From positions 9,176,001 through 9,240,000 of the forward strand of contig NC_092673.1 of the NCBI RefSeq assembly GCF_964355755.1: a stretch of DNA of 64,000 nucleotides. Reading direction: 5' to 3'. The notes under the pieces are model-generated. The model worked only from the letters and a program-made list of their open reading frames with translations, was not told where the DNA came from and did not search any database. This document shows positions 37,549-51,800 of the stretch, one piece after another. A program made the position numbers and the translations under genes. Every line of letters begins with the position of its first letter. Within the stretch, counting starts at the first letter, position 1. The DNA is from Antedon mediterranea. Taxonomy: Eukaryota; Animalia; Echinodermata.

Positions 37549-38718
37549 TGCAGTTTTTCTGCGGATGAAATTTGGACAAAACACGGTTGAAGAAAATTCT
37601 TAACGAACACCTTAGTAGGCTATCTGGTGCTGAATAGGTTTTTGACTCCAGTTCTACGACGTAAAAGGGGAGGATCCCATATAATATGTATGTATGTATG
37701 TAGGTAACGATAAGACAGCTCATATTCACTTAACCGTTACGGCATTGAGTAATTCATTTTTCAACTGTCCATGGGCTTCCAAGGCCTGTCATTATTATGA
37801 AACAATAACTATATGTTTATGAAATTGTTTACAAATCTTGATATTGAATTGTGTTTTTGCCATGTGTGATTACTTATGTTTTTAATCGGCAAAATAAATA
37901 AATACAGAAATTGTAATGTCATTTTTGCTACACACATTTTTAAAAAAATGAAAAAATTTAACATTCTAGATGTATGCCTACATTGTTAAAATAAGTAATA
38001 TATTATTAGTGATGTTTCACAGAGCTACAAATTCATTTAATATTTATGGTAGGCCAAACATGCATTTTATGATAAGTGCTGCCAACGATAAAAAAAAAAA
38101 TATATGCCAAAAAAGCCTGCAGACTACAATGAACTATTTTTTTATTCTGATAATCATGCATAATCTATACATTTCACATAATGGCAGAATACACAAAATA
38201 TCATAGTCATACTTTATTACTTAATATCCCTACAATATTTCTATAAATTCAGTAAAATTATGAATAACTGGGGCCGGATTTATCAAACTTGCTTAGCAAA
38301 GAAATCGTCTTAACTTTGCCTTAAACACTCCCGGATTTATTAATATATCTAAGTAAAAATATTTGCTTAATTTTGTCTTAAATCTAAGATGAAAAATTTC
38401 GTCATCTCATTTCTGCAACAGAAATATTCTTTTTTGACAACGCGAGCGTGCTAGGCCAGAACATTCGAGTGAACATTCCATGAAAGGGACATCCCCACAT
38501 TTCTTCAGTTAGGATGCACTGTGTGGTGGGGCAGCCTATGTCTATATTTAAGTGCCTTTAATTGCATATTATTTAAAGATGTATTGTCAAAAACATGAAA
38601 AAAGAAGATTAATTAAATTAGACTTTGAATAGGTTATTTTGTAGTTTTAATCAAGTTAATCACACTTCTGTAGAAACAAAAATTTTAAAAACAATGTCAA
38701 AAAGAGCTAGCCAATTCC

Positions 38719-38854
38719 CAGGTACCTGCACATAGCAGGTCATACACATGGAAACATTGCGGCAGGTACCTGCACATAGCAGGTCATACACATGGAAACA
38801 TTGCGGCAGGTACCTGCACATAGCAGGTCATACACATGGAAACATTGCGGCAGG
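38719..38854. repeat. Perfect 44-bp tandem triplication
   Basis: CAGGTACCTGCACATAGCAGGTCATACACATGGAAACATTGCGG x3, followed by CAGG. Confidence 0.95.
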
Positions 38855-40199
38855 AAATTCAATTGTTAGCCAGTGGGCTTAAAGGTAAAATGGACAATGA
38901 ATGGAAAATGTTATTACAAGAAAAATTACAAATCTCAAAAAACAAATTGATATGAAAAAATCCATCATATTTATCAAATACACCTGATGATCTAGAAAGA
39001 AAAATTAAATTTGATCTAATTTTGGATGTCATTTCATTAGTCTAAAATTGAAATGGTGGAGGAAAACATATGGCCCAATCCCGTCATGACAGACGATAAC
39101 CTCAGGCCCAAAATATTAACTACTGTAAGCTAAGTACTTCTGCTACAGATGAGTTCTGTTGGGTTCATTTATTTGTTACAATATTTTTATACAGTAATTT
39201 ATAAACATCTGCAATTAGGTTTATGAACTTAAATGCTATTAACTATCCACCAAGTGCAAATAGCCAAATAAATTATAGTATAAAAGGCAATGGGTTTGCT
39301 ATGAAATCTCGTCATGATTATAGAATAGACTAGCCAAAAAGCATGTCTTGTCAGATCTATAATTCAGAACATTGCACTATAAGAATTACACGTTTTTATT
39401 CTAATCTTTAAGCACGTTTTCATATTTCAAATTGTTACAAAATGTATGCTCAAGACAAAAACTATAAGCCCATGTTCAAAAAAACATTTCTTTTTTCAAA
39501 TAAGTCACGATATGAAATAAAAACAATCTAATCAAATCAATGTATCAGTTGCTGGAGAATCTCAACATTAATTAAATTAAACAGAGTCGTTATTGTTACA
39601 ATAACATCCAATTAGATAATAAATATAAAATAATCTGCTACTTCCTTAACACAGATACATGAATCAAATCATAGGCGTCATCAAACATGCTCACAGTAAG
39701 ACCTTGTACTTTACGGTAATTTGGTTCTGTGCAAAACTGCATGGTTTATGAATACATATCTTTACTAACTATAAGAAAAAAATTGTCCCTTGTCATTTAA
39801 CAATGATTAATTAAAATCATGGTGATGAAGATAACATCATTTTGTAAGGATGGCAAATGGCATATTATAGCATATTATAACACTTACATAAATTCCTGTG
39901 ACTTGATTAGTCAAGCATCAAGCGTACAAGTACTCTTTAAAGTCTAATGAATAAAACTCCAAATTGTGGATACCAGTGATAAAATTTGAATCATAACGAA
40001 AGCTTTATATTTGGTAACAGGGTTTTGTGAACTGGTATCAAGTTGTGGATATTATACTAAGATCATAATTGGAGCTAATTTTGAAGTAGGCCATTGAAGG
40101 TGTAAATATTCCTCCGTTGATCAACAAAGTGAAAGCAATTAGTAATGCTTTTGTTTACCCTTTCTTACATAATGCTCCACTGATTACCATTATTGTTAT

Positions 40200-41700
40200 A
40201 GAGACCATGGCGACACCAAACTACGCTGAACAAAGTGTCAAGCCCATATTTATTAGATAGAAAGAAGACAAATATGTCAAAGAAGAAATTATTTACTTTA
40301 GTACATATATATCAATGATCATAGAGACAGTGTAAATTGGGATTTAAGATAAAGGAAAGCAATGTACACAACGTTAACACATATCTTAGTGGATGAATAA
40401 AATTCATACCATTGTCAGTAAGAAATGAAGAGATAACAAATTCTCTGAGAAAACTAGGATGTAAAATAGTAAGTTCCGTCCAATTTTTTAAATTCCAAAT
40501 ACATGGAAGACTCTTGCGTTTTCTAAATAGAGACCGAGCAGTGTTTGTAGAACCTTTTAAGGACAACATGCCAAGATTGATTAAAATCAATAATTTCAAT
40601 GCTAGGCTCTACTTTATAAAGATCAAAATTATGTAATGAAGTGTTTTGAATGTGGTATAGCTTGACATAAAATAAATGAATGTCCAGAAAGGCTTGCAAA
40701 AATCACTTGTCACACACAGGACATATCACAACGAATTGCAAAGTCAACAGAACAGTTTGCATGATACTGCTAGAGAAAATACTAAGAGTGATGGAGGAGA
40801 GAATACAGAATATGAAATGAGGCCTAATGACGAAAACAAAGTAGAAAAGATGTTATTGAAATTCTTCAATACCTCTTAAATAAACCAAGTAATCCGAGAA
40901 ATTAAGCTGACTCCGTTGAACTAGTAGAGACAAACATGAAAGAAGCGATCAATATAGTAAAATCTCTCAGTGGTGACGAGTCAAATCAAGGATTTCAATG
41001 CGCTAAGAAAGAGAAGAAAAAGAAAAAAGAAAAATGTAGAAAAGATGGAAAAGAAAAGAAACAATGACGGAAAGTAAACTAGAAAAAAGCACTAAAGGGA
41101 TGATACCTATTACAGACTTTGCTACAACTGCGAAAAAAGACATAATTGACTCGGATACAGCGACAGCTACTATAAGTAACATTTCGCTGCAGGGAAAAGA
41201 AAGATGACAGAAATTGGAGACAAGAATGCGTAGAAGAAAGAAAGTTAAATACACAGGTTTAAGTCAATCACAAATATCCAATTGACTGCTCTCAAAAACC
41301 AAAATGGCAATAAACCCTCTTCATTTAATCTCATTAAATGCTAGAGGTTTTTAGAGATAATAACAAAAAGTAGACATCATGTTTCTTCAAAATATAAAAC
41401 TGTGAAATGTTGTGATGCGTTATTGAAGTGACAAATTTTCCATAGCTTTGAAACAACAAATAGCAGAGGTGTTTCAATGCTATTTATGTCGAATTTTGAC
41501 TAAAATGACATCAGTTGTAATACATAGATGAGGAAGGCAGAATACTTATTTCAAGTTTAAAATATATTGAATAAGAGAAAAGCAAATTGTATTGTGGATT
41601 GGTGCAAGTAAACACAATATGCAATATTACATGGACAAAGAAACTAAAGTTTCCAGGAATTTATGTTGGATACGATAACAAAATTATGTGAAAAGAAAAA
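40200..41700 (+). mobile_element. Decayed Tx1/L1-clade retrotransposon (ORF1 zinc knuckle, APE start, RT scrap)
   Basis: IPLSVRNEEI...LNRDRAVFV...MPRLIKINNFNARLY, then KCFECGIA*HKINECP (CCHC); ORF2 start MAINPLHLISLNARG at 41304, DIMFLQ, NSRGVSML, DEEGRI; later WIG and GIYVG scraps. Confidence 0.8.
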
Positions 41701-41759
41701 CTAGGACGATAAGATTATTTTTTAAGAAAAAACTGGGGGTCCTCAGAACTCGTAAACCG

Positions 41760-42500
41760 TACCATTCCGTTTTTAACTTATTATGGAAGCCACTGAGTTG
41801 TAGATATGAATTCATGTACATATTTTATGTAAAAAATGTTGTAATGTCAAATGGCCACTTTAAATCCACAATTAAGATTTTTTCTTTTCTTCATGAATTA
41901 TCACATTCAACAGAGTGTATCTTGCTTTATATGTCACCAATTTTCGTTCAAGTTCTAATATGTACTTGGTCAATCAATTATCTTTCTCATGAGTTGCCAC
42001 TATTTTAATTTTGATGTCATCACACCTAAAATTTCACCTACACTATAGAATATCTAATACAGCTCAGAATTAAATGTGACCTTAATTAAGAAAGCTGCCG
42101 AAATGTAGATACGAATTCAGAAAAAAATCAGATGTTGTGACATTATTATATGGCCAGCTGAATATAAAACACTTTTGTCAAGTTATACACATTTAAAAGA
42201 GCATAATGTTACATTTTTTGCTATAATCATAATTTTCCAAAATTGTCATCTTCAAGTTTGTTTTGATAACGTAATTCTACCTATGCTACGCATACAGTAT
42301 ACTGTATATTCTATATGACACATAATACTAAATAGGCACAATTCATCAGTACTATAAGCGTATCCATCAGGTCATAGGGCATACATCAACATTTTTCGAT
42401 CATATTTTATCGTACATGCATGTTTTAAAAATGAGATGTCAGTAAAATTATAAAAAGGATCACCTATAATTCATCAAATTGATGAATTAAATTATAGTTA
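41760..42500 (+). mobile_element. Degenerate Helentron/DINE-like element
   Basis: End GATCACCTATAATTCATCAAATTGATGAATTAAATTATAGTT resembles the reverse complement of 1167-1208. Confidence 0.65.
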
Positions 42501-44499
42501 TTTTTATTTCTGTGGGGTAAAATAATTATTGCAGATGATGCTTATATTCTTACAATTTGATTGGTCGATTACGCATCACATGTTATTTGCAATTAGCCCT
42601 TTCCATCGAAAAAATGATATCTAATTGGTGATAATTAATGCGCTCTAATGCACGTTCTGTAAACATTGAGATTTTTTTCCATGCAAGGTTTAAATGTTCT
42701 ACTCCACGTCTAAAGTTGGAACACTGCCCTTTTTAATGACCTAGCTTCCCGGCCTAGCATTCGTCAATGATTTACGATGATGAATAAATTGAATAAAAGT
42801 AGGTGTGTTATCAAACAAATAATGATTGTTTTGTATTCATTGAATGGAAAGAATATAAATAAATTCATTGACTGCTTTATTTTCAACTCGGCTCGGTCTC
42901 GTTTTATGCGGACCACATACTACATTGCTAATACTACGCAAAATGGCCCTTCCCTACTGTATGCAGGTCATATACGTAGAAAGCTACCGATTATGAATGA
43001 CAATTTTCTCTGTACCTTGTGTGCCTTGTATTATATAATTTCATACAACTGATTTAAAATTTCCTATTTACAAAATTCATAAATGTCCATTTGTAAAATC
43101 TACCATAAAAAATTGACAAAAATATCCCTTCTTTTTGACAGCCTCAAACTCAGTGGATCAGTCAATTTATTGTTCAGCACGGATGAATACCAGATTGTTA
43201 TTCTCACTTTAAAAATAAGATTCTTTATTAAAATCACAAAGGTTAACTGTCAAAAAAAATGCTGAAATCTTCTATACTAATTATATGATTTTGGACTATA
43301 ATGAAGGTCATTAATAGGTGCTTATGTTATTGCACATTTTTACATCAATCTCTAATCGTAGCAAATGCTATCATTTGTAACTAGACTGAAGGACTTTCAC
43401 AGATGATTTTATTTTTGTATTTAAATGGTTAAATAATGCAAACTTGTTTATTATCAATATACTCTGTTAAATTTAAATACTCAAAATGAATTTATTGTTT
43501 GATATTTATTTAGATAAAAGTGACAATGTTCTGGGGGAAAAAATCTAAATTTAAATTGTGATGGTTGGTGTTTGCTGTATGTATGTGCATCAATTTCAAT
43601 AAAGATATCAGCACAGTATTTAAAATCCATCAAGCACCTGTTTCTGGTTGTTCCAATACTAAATTATATATTTTTATAGCTGCGAGTTTTATAAAGCAGA
43701 TAATGATAAATTATACAAAACAATTGCACTGGTTTTAAAGTGGTAATGTCATCTGCTCATTTTAAATTCTGTGTAAGTAGAAATAATGTTGTGAAGGTTC
43801 CAGTAGTTATATGCAAACTTCACATCAATAGCAAATAAGAATTAACAAAGATAGTGTAATAAGAATATGTTACACTTTGCTTAACGAAAGATGGGGATCG
43901 CAATGGCGAAGCACAACGAAAATGGTGTTTTCGGCAATGAATTGTAAAAATAACTACAAACAATTTCATACTAATTTTTTGATTTTGGTTATACAAAGAT
44001 AAAAATCAATGATGTTTTCATACTGTTTTTGGATTTTTTAAATTGTCAATTTCATTTATTTGAGGTGAGTTTTAGTGTGACAATCTGAGTGTAAATAACA
44101 CTGATAGTATTTAAAAAGAGTAGCGTAGGCCTCCACACTTTTCTTGATATACCTTACCAATAATTAACTTACAGGCTTATAATTAATATTATCAATAATT
44201 TTATCACAGCATTACATAATTATTAAGTCTCATTATTTCATATAAATTATGGTGAATCCACGAACTTCAGAGCCTTACAAGCATAATAAGGTTATTCAAT
44301 AATAGGCTTAAATTCCTATAATGTTCATGGTATAATATGTTTCCCCTTATAGACAGTTCCCATTGATGATCGACTATTTCGTATAATATTATTGATTATA
44401 ATAAATATTAATTTCTTTGCCTACTATTCTCCTTTATCACCCCAACATTTTTAGAAATAAACCATACGCATAACCGATTATTAAATATAATAATAAATA

Positions 44500-44985
44500 T
44501 ATTTGAACTCGTTACTTTGACGAGTGAGTATGTTAAAATATGAACTCCGAAAAAGATTATGCCATGATATGAAGTAAATGTTTACAGTAATGAATTGTGT
44601 CTATTTTTTGTCATACAATGCAGTATTTTTACAGAATACACTGTATAAATTATATACAGTGTAGCATAGGAAAAATTACGAGACCCATCCTTTGTTCCAA
44701 TTTTTAACATGACGTCATCAAAATGAAACCCAAAGATAAGAATTTTAGAAGATAATTATGTAAATAATTATATTCATCAAAATTTGAAGAATTTTGGGCA
44801 CGTAAAGCAAGATGTGCACTCTTTTAAACACGACAAACATTTACAAATTAGATAAAAATCTGACATTTGTTAGGTACAAATTTTACATGAATTAATATCT
44901 ACAACTAATCAGCTTCCATAATATGTTTTAAAATGGGTTCACCAGCCATCCTGAGGTGCTGTGTAATCACTTGAAATTATAGTAT
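44500..44985 (-). mobile_element. Degenerate Helentron/DINE-like element, partial
   Basis: AACTCGTTACTTTGACGAGT hairpin; body collinear with ~14030-14480. Confidence 0.65.
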
Positions 44986-47130
44986 ATTTTTTGCGTAGCA
45001 TGCTATTTTTATCGCATAAAAAATTGCTACATTTCCAGATTGTCGATAAAACAGTTTCGTTTGTAAAACAGAATCTAGTCGGCCGCAGCTGACTGGATAA
45101 TTATATGTGTAGATAGAAAGGCTTTACCAGGAAAAAAAAATATTTATAAATCCAGTGAGATGTAAAATACAAAACACTTTATGGAAAGATGATATTCTAC
45201 TGTAAAATGGTAAGGTAGCTTAATTTACTATCTGTCTACTATAGCATGTTCAATGAACAACTATGTTGGTGAATATAATTTACATACATCAAAAAGTAAA
45301 GCATGGGTGTTTTGTTTCTTGAAATATTGCATCCGTTATAAAGTGCATATCTGTACGTGGGAGTATTACAATTATAATACAAGTCACATGTGCCCTTTCA
45401 ACTTCATCTATTCAAATAAGAAAAACATATATAAAAAATGTTATGGAAAAAGAAAAACAATGCATAAAAATACATTAATTTAAAAACATTCAAAATAGAA
45501 TCAAAGATCAAACAGAAAAAAGGACTAAAAAATACCATGTCTCATGCCATTATGTTAAATAAATATTCCACCAATAGCCAATTACCAATGCATAAAAAGA
45601 TCTTAATAAATTTGTTTAGGCTGGCGATTCAAACAACAGTCAGGCCATATATTAAAAATAAAATCACTTCACACGTTAAAGACAAGCATGTTAAAAACAT
45701 TATTACCCAGTCTTGTCAGCCTATGCTGGGTTCTATGTCTACAGCGATTTATTTTCATGAAGCCAAATCTAATTTTTGATTCTAAACGCTGCGACCGCTT
45801 GACTTGAGGGCTGCGCCAACTTGTGCCCCCTTCCTGGGGAATTCTAACTTGTTCGTAAGTTTGCTAGCGGAGGTCGGAAAAGGGAATAAACTGGTCGTTT
45901 AGTAGGTTTTAATGTGAATTAAAAGAGAATTTAAGAGATGACGTCAGACTGGTGCAGTGACTGGTTTGCCATTTTATTGTTCATTCATCTTAATGTAACG
46001 CGACTCTAATAATCGGTCTGTAGGCCAGGTAGATTTTGTTACAAAAGGTAGCTAGCTGTATGGAATGTGTATCGGCATTCTAAGTTCTGAGTTTGTGGGT
46101 TGTAGTACATAGCGAGGTATTTTACTCAGCAAGTGGAACAATAACGATAATAAGAGATGCAAGACTGTATTTAGGCGTAATAGTCTAGGAACGTTGCGGT
46201 CCTACTAAACACCAAACAGAAATAAACGAGACTCAGAATACTGCAGTAATACCAAACAAGAGTAGGAAATTGTTTATTAATTATCCAAACCTATCTTTTA
46301 TAGCAAAAATCATTATTAGGAGAACGATGAATATTTATCGTTTTAACATGAATACAGTATAAAAAATTAGGAAAACATCACATTGACTGAAAAGAAAGGT
46401 TATCAGAGCCTTTGATATTAAATATGATTTTTCAAGCATAGAAATTGGTTTATTATTTATTGTAGTACAAATATGGTTTGGCATTTTATACTTACGTTAG
46501 TGTCCGCACGCAGGGGTGGATCTAGAATTTTGATAAAGAGGCGTCCGATATGGGAAAATATTTATCTACCTAGGTCCCTAAAAAAAAATAATTTCTAGAT
46601 GCCCGGAGATAGCATCTGCTGCGGTTTGGCAGACCGATTCTTGTCATACAATTATTTGAATACAGTAGTGGGTTTTAAAGACCTTATTTAATATACGAAA
46701 CTGTTTTTTTTTTGTCAATAGCCTAAATCCTATTTTCCTGTCGACATAACGCTACGATGAGTTTTGTTGAATTTTCAAATTGTTAAAGTTGAAAATAAAT
46801 AACGATAAATCAAGCACATATTAAGGCATTACTGCTAATTAATTATATACTATATAACTATATACTAACTTCATTGCATGAATTATTTACCTGTGAAAAG
46901 ACGGAGTGCAGTTTTTTAATGCCTGAATTATTACCAGATAGAGGGCACATTTAGTTTATCTAGAAATAGTTAGCTTTTAAAACGTATTCACTTATTTTGT
47001 TTTCTGTTTAAATTTAATGTAGTAATAAAATAGTATTATTTCATAGAAATACATTGTAATAATAGTTAATTATTATCAGGCTTATCATATTTTTATTACA
47101 TTTTACTAAGGCAAGAAAGGTGTATTATTT

Positions 47131-47803
47131 GGGTGTCTAGAAAACTCGGATCTCAGATATATCCAAGGGTTAGAGATATCTGACTTTTTATCTGACTTTT
47201 CCAGATCTAGAAAACTCAGATCATCAAATAATTGGCTGGTAGGTCATTTGGATCATTCCATTATTAATCAGAAGGTAGGTCATTTGAAATACTAGAGTAT
47301 TATTAAAACTGATTACTGTGTAAATTTTCTTACTAATATTGTAACATGTAGAAGCGGCCTACGGCTTAAATCATAAAGAAAATACAGTGCACGTTACCGT
47401 TAAAATATAGGCTTAAAAATTAGGTATGTACGAGTTGGTTGAGGTATGAGTTAGCCAAGTTGGGAATAGGTACGAGTTATTTTGGGTACGAGTTGACCAC
47501 TTCTTGCCTAGTAGGGCCAGGCCCACACGTTGAGCCTTGAATTGAGTTTGCTTAGCTAGGCTATAGAGGCCTAAATGCTAAGCCTACATTTTAAAAGGTG
47601 TATACTGTATTTCTTTATGATTTAAGTCGTAGGCTGCTACTACAAGTTACAATAATTATTATTATTAGTAAGAAAACGTATAATACTGTAGTATTTCAAA
47701 CAAGCTACCCTCTATTAATAATTTAACGATCCATGGGTTTTCTAGTTCCATTTTGGAACTAGAAAAGTCAGATCTTGTTATCTGAGTTTTCTAGATCTAG
47801 ATC
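47131..47803 (+). mobile_element. Third copy of the GGGTGTCTAGAAAACTC Mutator-like MITE, right tip missing
   Basis: Collinear with 22753-23350 but in a different flank. Confidence 0.8.
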
Positions 47804-48249
47804 TGAATAGGTAAGTAGGTAAAAATTGGTCATAAAAGATCGCTTTTCTCGAAAACGCCACTCTAAACCACCCGTATAACATATACGTTTGGAATCGGCA
47901 TCCTAAAAAATCAGCACCAAATCTGGAAAAAATTATTTACAAAGTGATTTTTGCGAGAAACCATTAATATGAATCTAAAACACCACCAAAAGATCTAAGG
48001 ACTTTTCAAAATAGGCGCTTACAACTTGATATGCTTTTATAAAAATAAAAAAATATAAAATAATAAAACAAAACTTGGGGTGGGGGAACCCCATTTTAAA
48101 TAAATGACATTTTTAAGGAACTCTTCCTATGAACATGTAATACCACAAAAACGATTGTTTCATTGAGATACTTTAGAAATTGTTAGTATATATATGAAAT
48201 TTATTATGTAATCTATTTATCTATTGGTTTTATCTTCATGTTGGAGGTC

Positions 48250-48890
48250 ATGCTTCGCCAGCCGTCTCTTCAAATACATTTTTCATAAATGTTGGTGTTG
48301 ATCCATTATTTGATGTCATTAATCCATTTCCTACAAGGTCTACCTCTTCTTCTTTAACCTTCTGTTCGTCCCTTAATAAGGATTTTTGTAAGAAAATCCA
48401 GGTCTTGTCCATAGGTCCATAGATTCTTGTATGTATTTTCAGATTACTTGAGGTTAGTGTTGTTTTCATGGCGTTAAAGGCTGCTTTGCAATGCCTATCC
48501 TTTCCCAAATATCTTTTTGACATCTACCATTGTCAGTGATGATTTGTCCTGTCACGCCAAAATTGGTCCTGCCGGATCGATTTTGGTCGTAATCAAGCGG
48601 TAACACCAGTTTTGGCCCCGGACCAAATTTCGCGTTACAGTCCCAGGTAAACAAAGGACTTTTACTTGTTCCAATTCCACATTATCCAGCTTGATATTCA
48701 TACGTGTTTGTGGTACCTCTTTCTTCGCAACTAACATAGTCTTCTGGGTCTTTTTGGCATTGATTTTCGTGCCATACTCCTCTCCCAGTTTCTTTAGTTA
48801 CTGTATTCCAGTAATCTCTGCAAATCATTCTCACTACTGTACTGGCTAGAGGAGAGTATTGTCGCATATCTGAGGTTATTGATGTTTACA
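48250..48890 (-). mobile_element. RTE-clade LINE RT 3' fragment
   Basis: Pieced frames: NLRYA...KTMLV...IKLDNVELEQV..F.YLG|QIITDNGRCQKDIWERIGIAK|AAFNAMKTTLT...EG.RRRGRP.RKWI.DIKQW. Confidence 0.8.
48550..48639. mobile_element. 90-bp Ginger-like MITE (TGT...ACA, 4-bp TSD)
   Basis: TGTCACGCCAAAATTGGTCC / GGACCAAATTTCGCGTTACA; GTCC at 48546-48549 and 48640-48643; splits the RTE YLG-QII motif. Confidence 0.8.
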
Positions 48891-51800
48891 CCGGACTTAA
48901 ATTGTAGTTTTGAGGGTAGTGCCCATTTACTGATGCTCTGTCGATGTCAAGCTTTTGTAAAAATGAATTCAGAATTATCATAAATTCATTGATCCTGTCA
49001 CCGTTACAGGTTTTTGTTATGTTTTGTCTGTCTTGAGGAAATAAATGAAATGAAATACATGTTGGTAGGGCCTTTCACACACTTTCCAAAGGTTTAACGT
49101 TTTGTGTACGCCTATGTACCGTATATTAAAGGAAACCCAGGGGCATATGTCCAACATTCCTATTTCCAACCAATCCAAGAAATCTTTCTAACAAATGCAA
49201 CTTCGTTTTTTCGTATTAAAAGTTCTTTTAATATGTAATTTATTAAAATGGAGGTTTTTCCAAAGTTTGGTGCTGTTTTTCATTATACGGTCAAGGGTCA
49301 ATAACCACACTTTCTGTCACAATTTGACAAAATGTTCCATTATACAACAATTTGAGACCAATATCAAGATTCTGTGACCAGTAGTTATTGAGATATAGTA
49401 AGCTTAGGTAAAAGGTCAAAACATCAGAAATGTCATTTCTGGTCACTTTTTGGCAACATATTCCATTATAACCCTAACCCTGGGCGCAAGTCCTGACGAT
49501 TTGTCTGGGATGATCATTAAAGTTACCTACAAAGACCGGTTCATCTTCCCATACGTGTCTTGTTCGTGACGGGACCTAAATTGGATAGATAGATATGGTT
49601 ACAACTACGCGTAGATGCAGCCAGTATGTTCTTTATTCCCATTAATAAGATATTGCTAATAGATTATATTTATCTCAACCGTAAATGAAATAAATTGTGC
49701 TGCCCCACAAGAAAATAACTGAATAACAAATCATCCTACCCTGAACAGACAAAGAAGGAAACAACATTGTTGAAAGCGTAATGTCAGAAGATGGAAAACA
49801 GAGAAGAAGCAAAGAAGAACAACAGCTCATGTCCACTGTTGTTATTAAAACAAATGACAACCTGGTACAACTAGGTTACTGGTTAATTTGTACCTGCCAA
49901 CATGAACCAATCCCAATCTATAACCACTTTGGCGAACGTACATATTAGAACTTACGCTCAGTTAACTGACACCAGTTTATTTAAATTATAAAATATTCTA
50001 GCTCTAGTCTAGTATTATTTATCATTATTGTGAATATCAGTACTTACTATGTGTTGATGAGGCATAGCCATTTACTGGTGACCAAATTGTTACAGTTTCT
50101 GTTTGCCGAGATAATTATTTTTTATTGATCAACTAATAATTATTTTAATTAATAAGATTGATTGCATTCACCTTTCACCATTTTCACACTCTCATGCATA
50201 CTCACATGAAGATGAAGCAGCGTATATCTAATACCATCTCAAATTGAAACTTCATAAATTTATTTTAAATTTAATCATTTGTAATATTTACAATTGATAT
50301 TAGTTACATGCAACAGTATGTTGAACAATTTGTGTTTACTTTAAAATATGATAGGTTATTGAGCTTTTGAACAAATAAAGCTGGATAGTAAACCTAATTT
50401 GTTGAAAGATTTAGCTTAATATACATTTATCAAATTGTATTCACCAACAATTTTTTTTTAATTTGCAAAAACAGACCGACTTGATGGTACATACACAAAT
50501 CTTAATAACCACTACTATCTATGGATGAAATCACTACCAGTAACTAGACCCATTCTTCATTATCATTGTGTAATCCTCATCGTCATCATCTATCCTTTTT
50601 ATTATTTACACTATTATCATTCATCAATAAAAGCAATAATAATTTGCTATAAAAATTGAAAATGTGAAACAGCTGTACAGTATTGTATAAAATTAAACTA
50701 TTACTATATTCTACATCATAATAAACAATGGCTATATACAAAAAAACAAACAACATAGTAGTATCTTTGCTTTAAAATAAACACTCTAATAGCAAGATGT
50801 ATTAATGTATGTTGCATAGATAATAATAAATACAATTAACTCACCAGGTATAATACTTTATAGTCGGCCAATCAAGCAGTATTAACTAGTCATCATTACT
50901 AAGGGATTGCACAGTATGTACTAAAGTAGGAGTAATTCTCAGAATTATAGAGGGAGCCTTTTATCTTGGTTTCATTTTGAATTGACCTTGTGAAAAAATT
51001 CTTAATACTGAATATTAAATTTGTTCACAATTGAATTTGTGCTCAACATGGTGTTGTCCAGTTGATCAAAAAATATTAAAACTTAATTAAGATAAAAGGA
51101 AACAAAATAAAACAAAAATGAAAATTCAATCAATGCAGACTTAAAGCTATCAAAATCAATTTAAACAAAAGAATGATACTGAAATATTTACAAGCAACTG
51201 TATAATCCTTTGATGTTTTTAATTAAATGGAGCAGCTAATGACATTCTGTCAGATGGTAAATTTAAAGCAAGGAATTTGGAGTTGTAATCTATTCAAACT
51301 AGGGCCATTCAACCATTGTTGGCAGAATAAGAAACTATAAATTACTATTATTATGTACTACATTTCAATAAATTATAATAGTAATAATATAAGCGCCTTT
51401 ATACTGCGCCATATATCCAATCAAATTGCTCATAGACGCAGTGCAAACAAACAGTTAAAAAATTATTAAGACTACAGTATCAAAATGATCACTTTTTTAT
51501 TCAATTGAAATTCGCAAAAGTTTCATGCCGCAAAAAAATTTCAGGAAGTATTTGAGCATGCAAAATACAATACAACAAGCACTTTCCAGTACATGCGCGC
51601 CTACTACTAAAGTGATATACCTGTTTTGTTTGCTTTATTGTGTAATTTCGGTAAATACAAAAGGACATCACATTCTTATTGCTAAGTGAGAAATACAATA
51701 CTGTATTCAGTTTCATGATGCGCACGAATTTGTGCACACAACTCGTACGTAGCATTAAAAGACCGTTTTGCACTTGATTTTTGTTCTTTATACCTTTTGT

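Noticed and set aside
35972-37729. Six overlapping ORFs of 508-585 aa
   Set aside because: All arise from a stop-free 18/19-bp tandem repeat and are open on both strands in all frames; there is no independent coding evidence.
38270-39960. Harbinger-like element starting GGGCCGGATTTATCAAAC
   Set aside because: No convincing partner TIR or TSD found.
49468-49482. Telomere-like TAACCC repeats
   Set aside because: Only two units; expected by chance or as a repeat remnant.
49745-49948. Purine-rich open stretch on the plus strand (DKEGNNIVESVMSEDGK...)
   Set aside because: No start, clear splice pair or motif; may be a TE scrap.
50846-50925. Minus-strand segment with good splice-like ends
   Set aside because: Stops in all three frames; at most a non-coding exon, unsupported.
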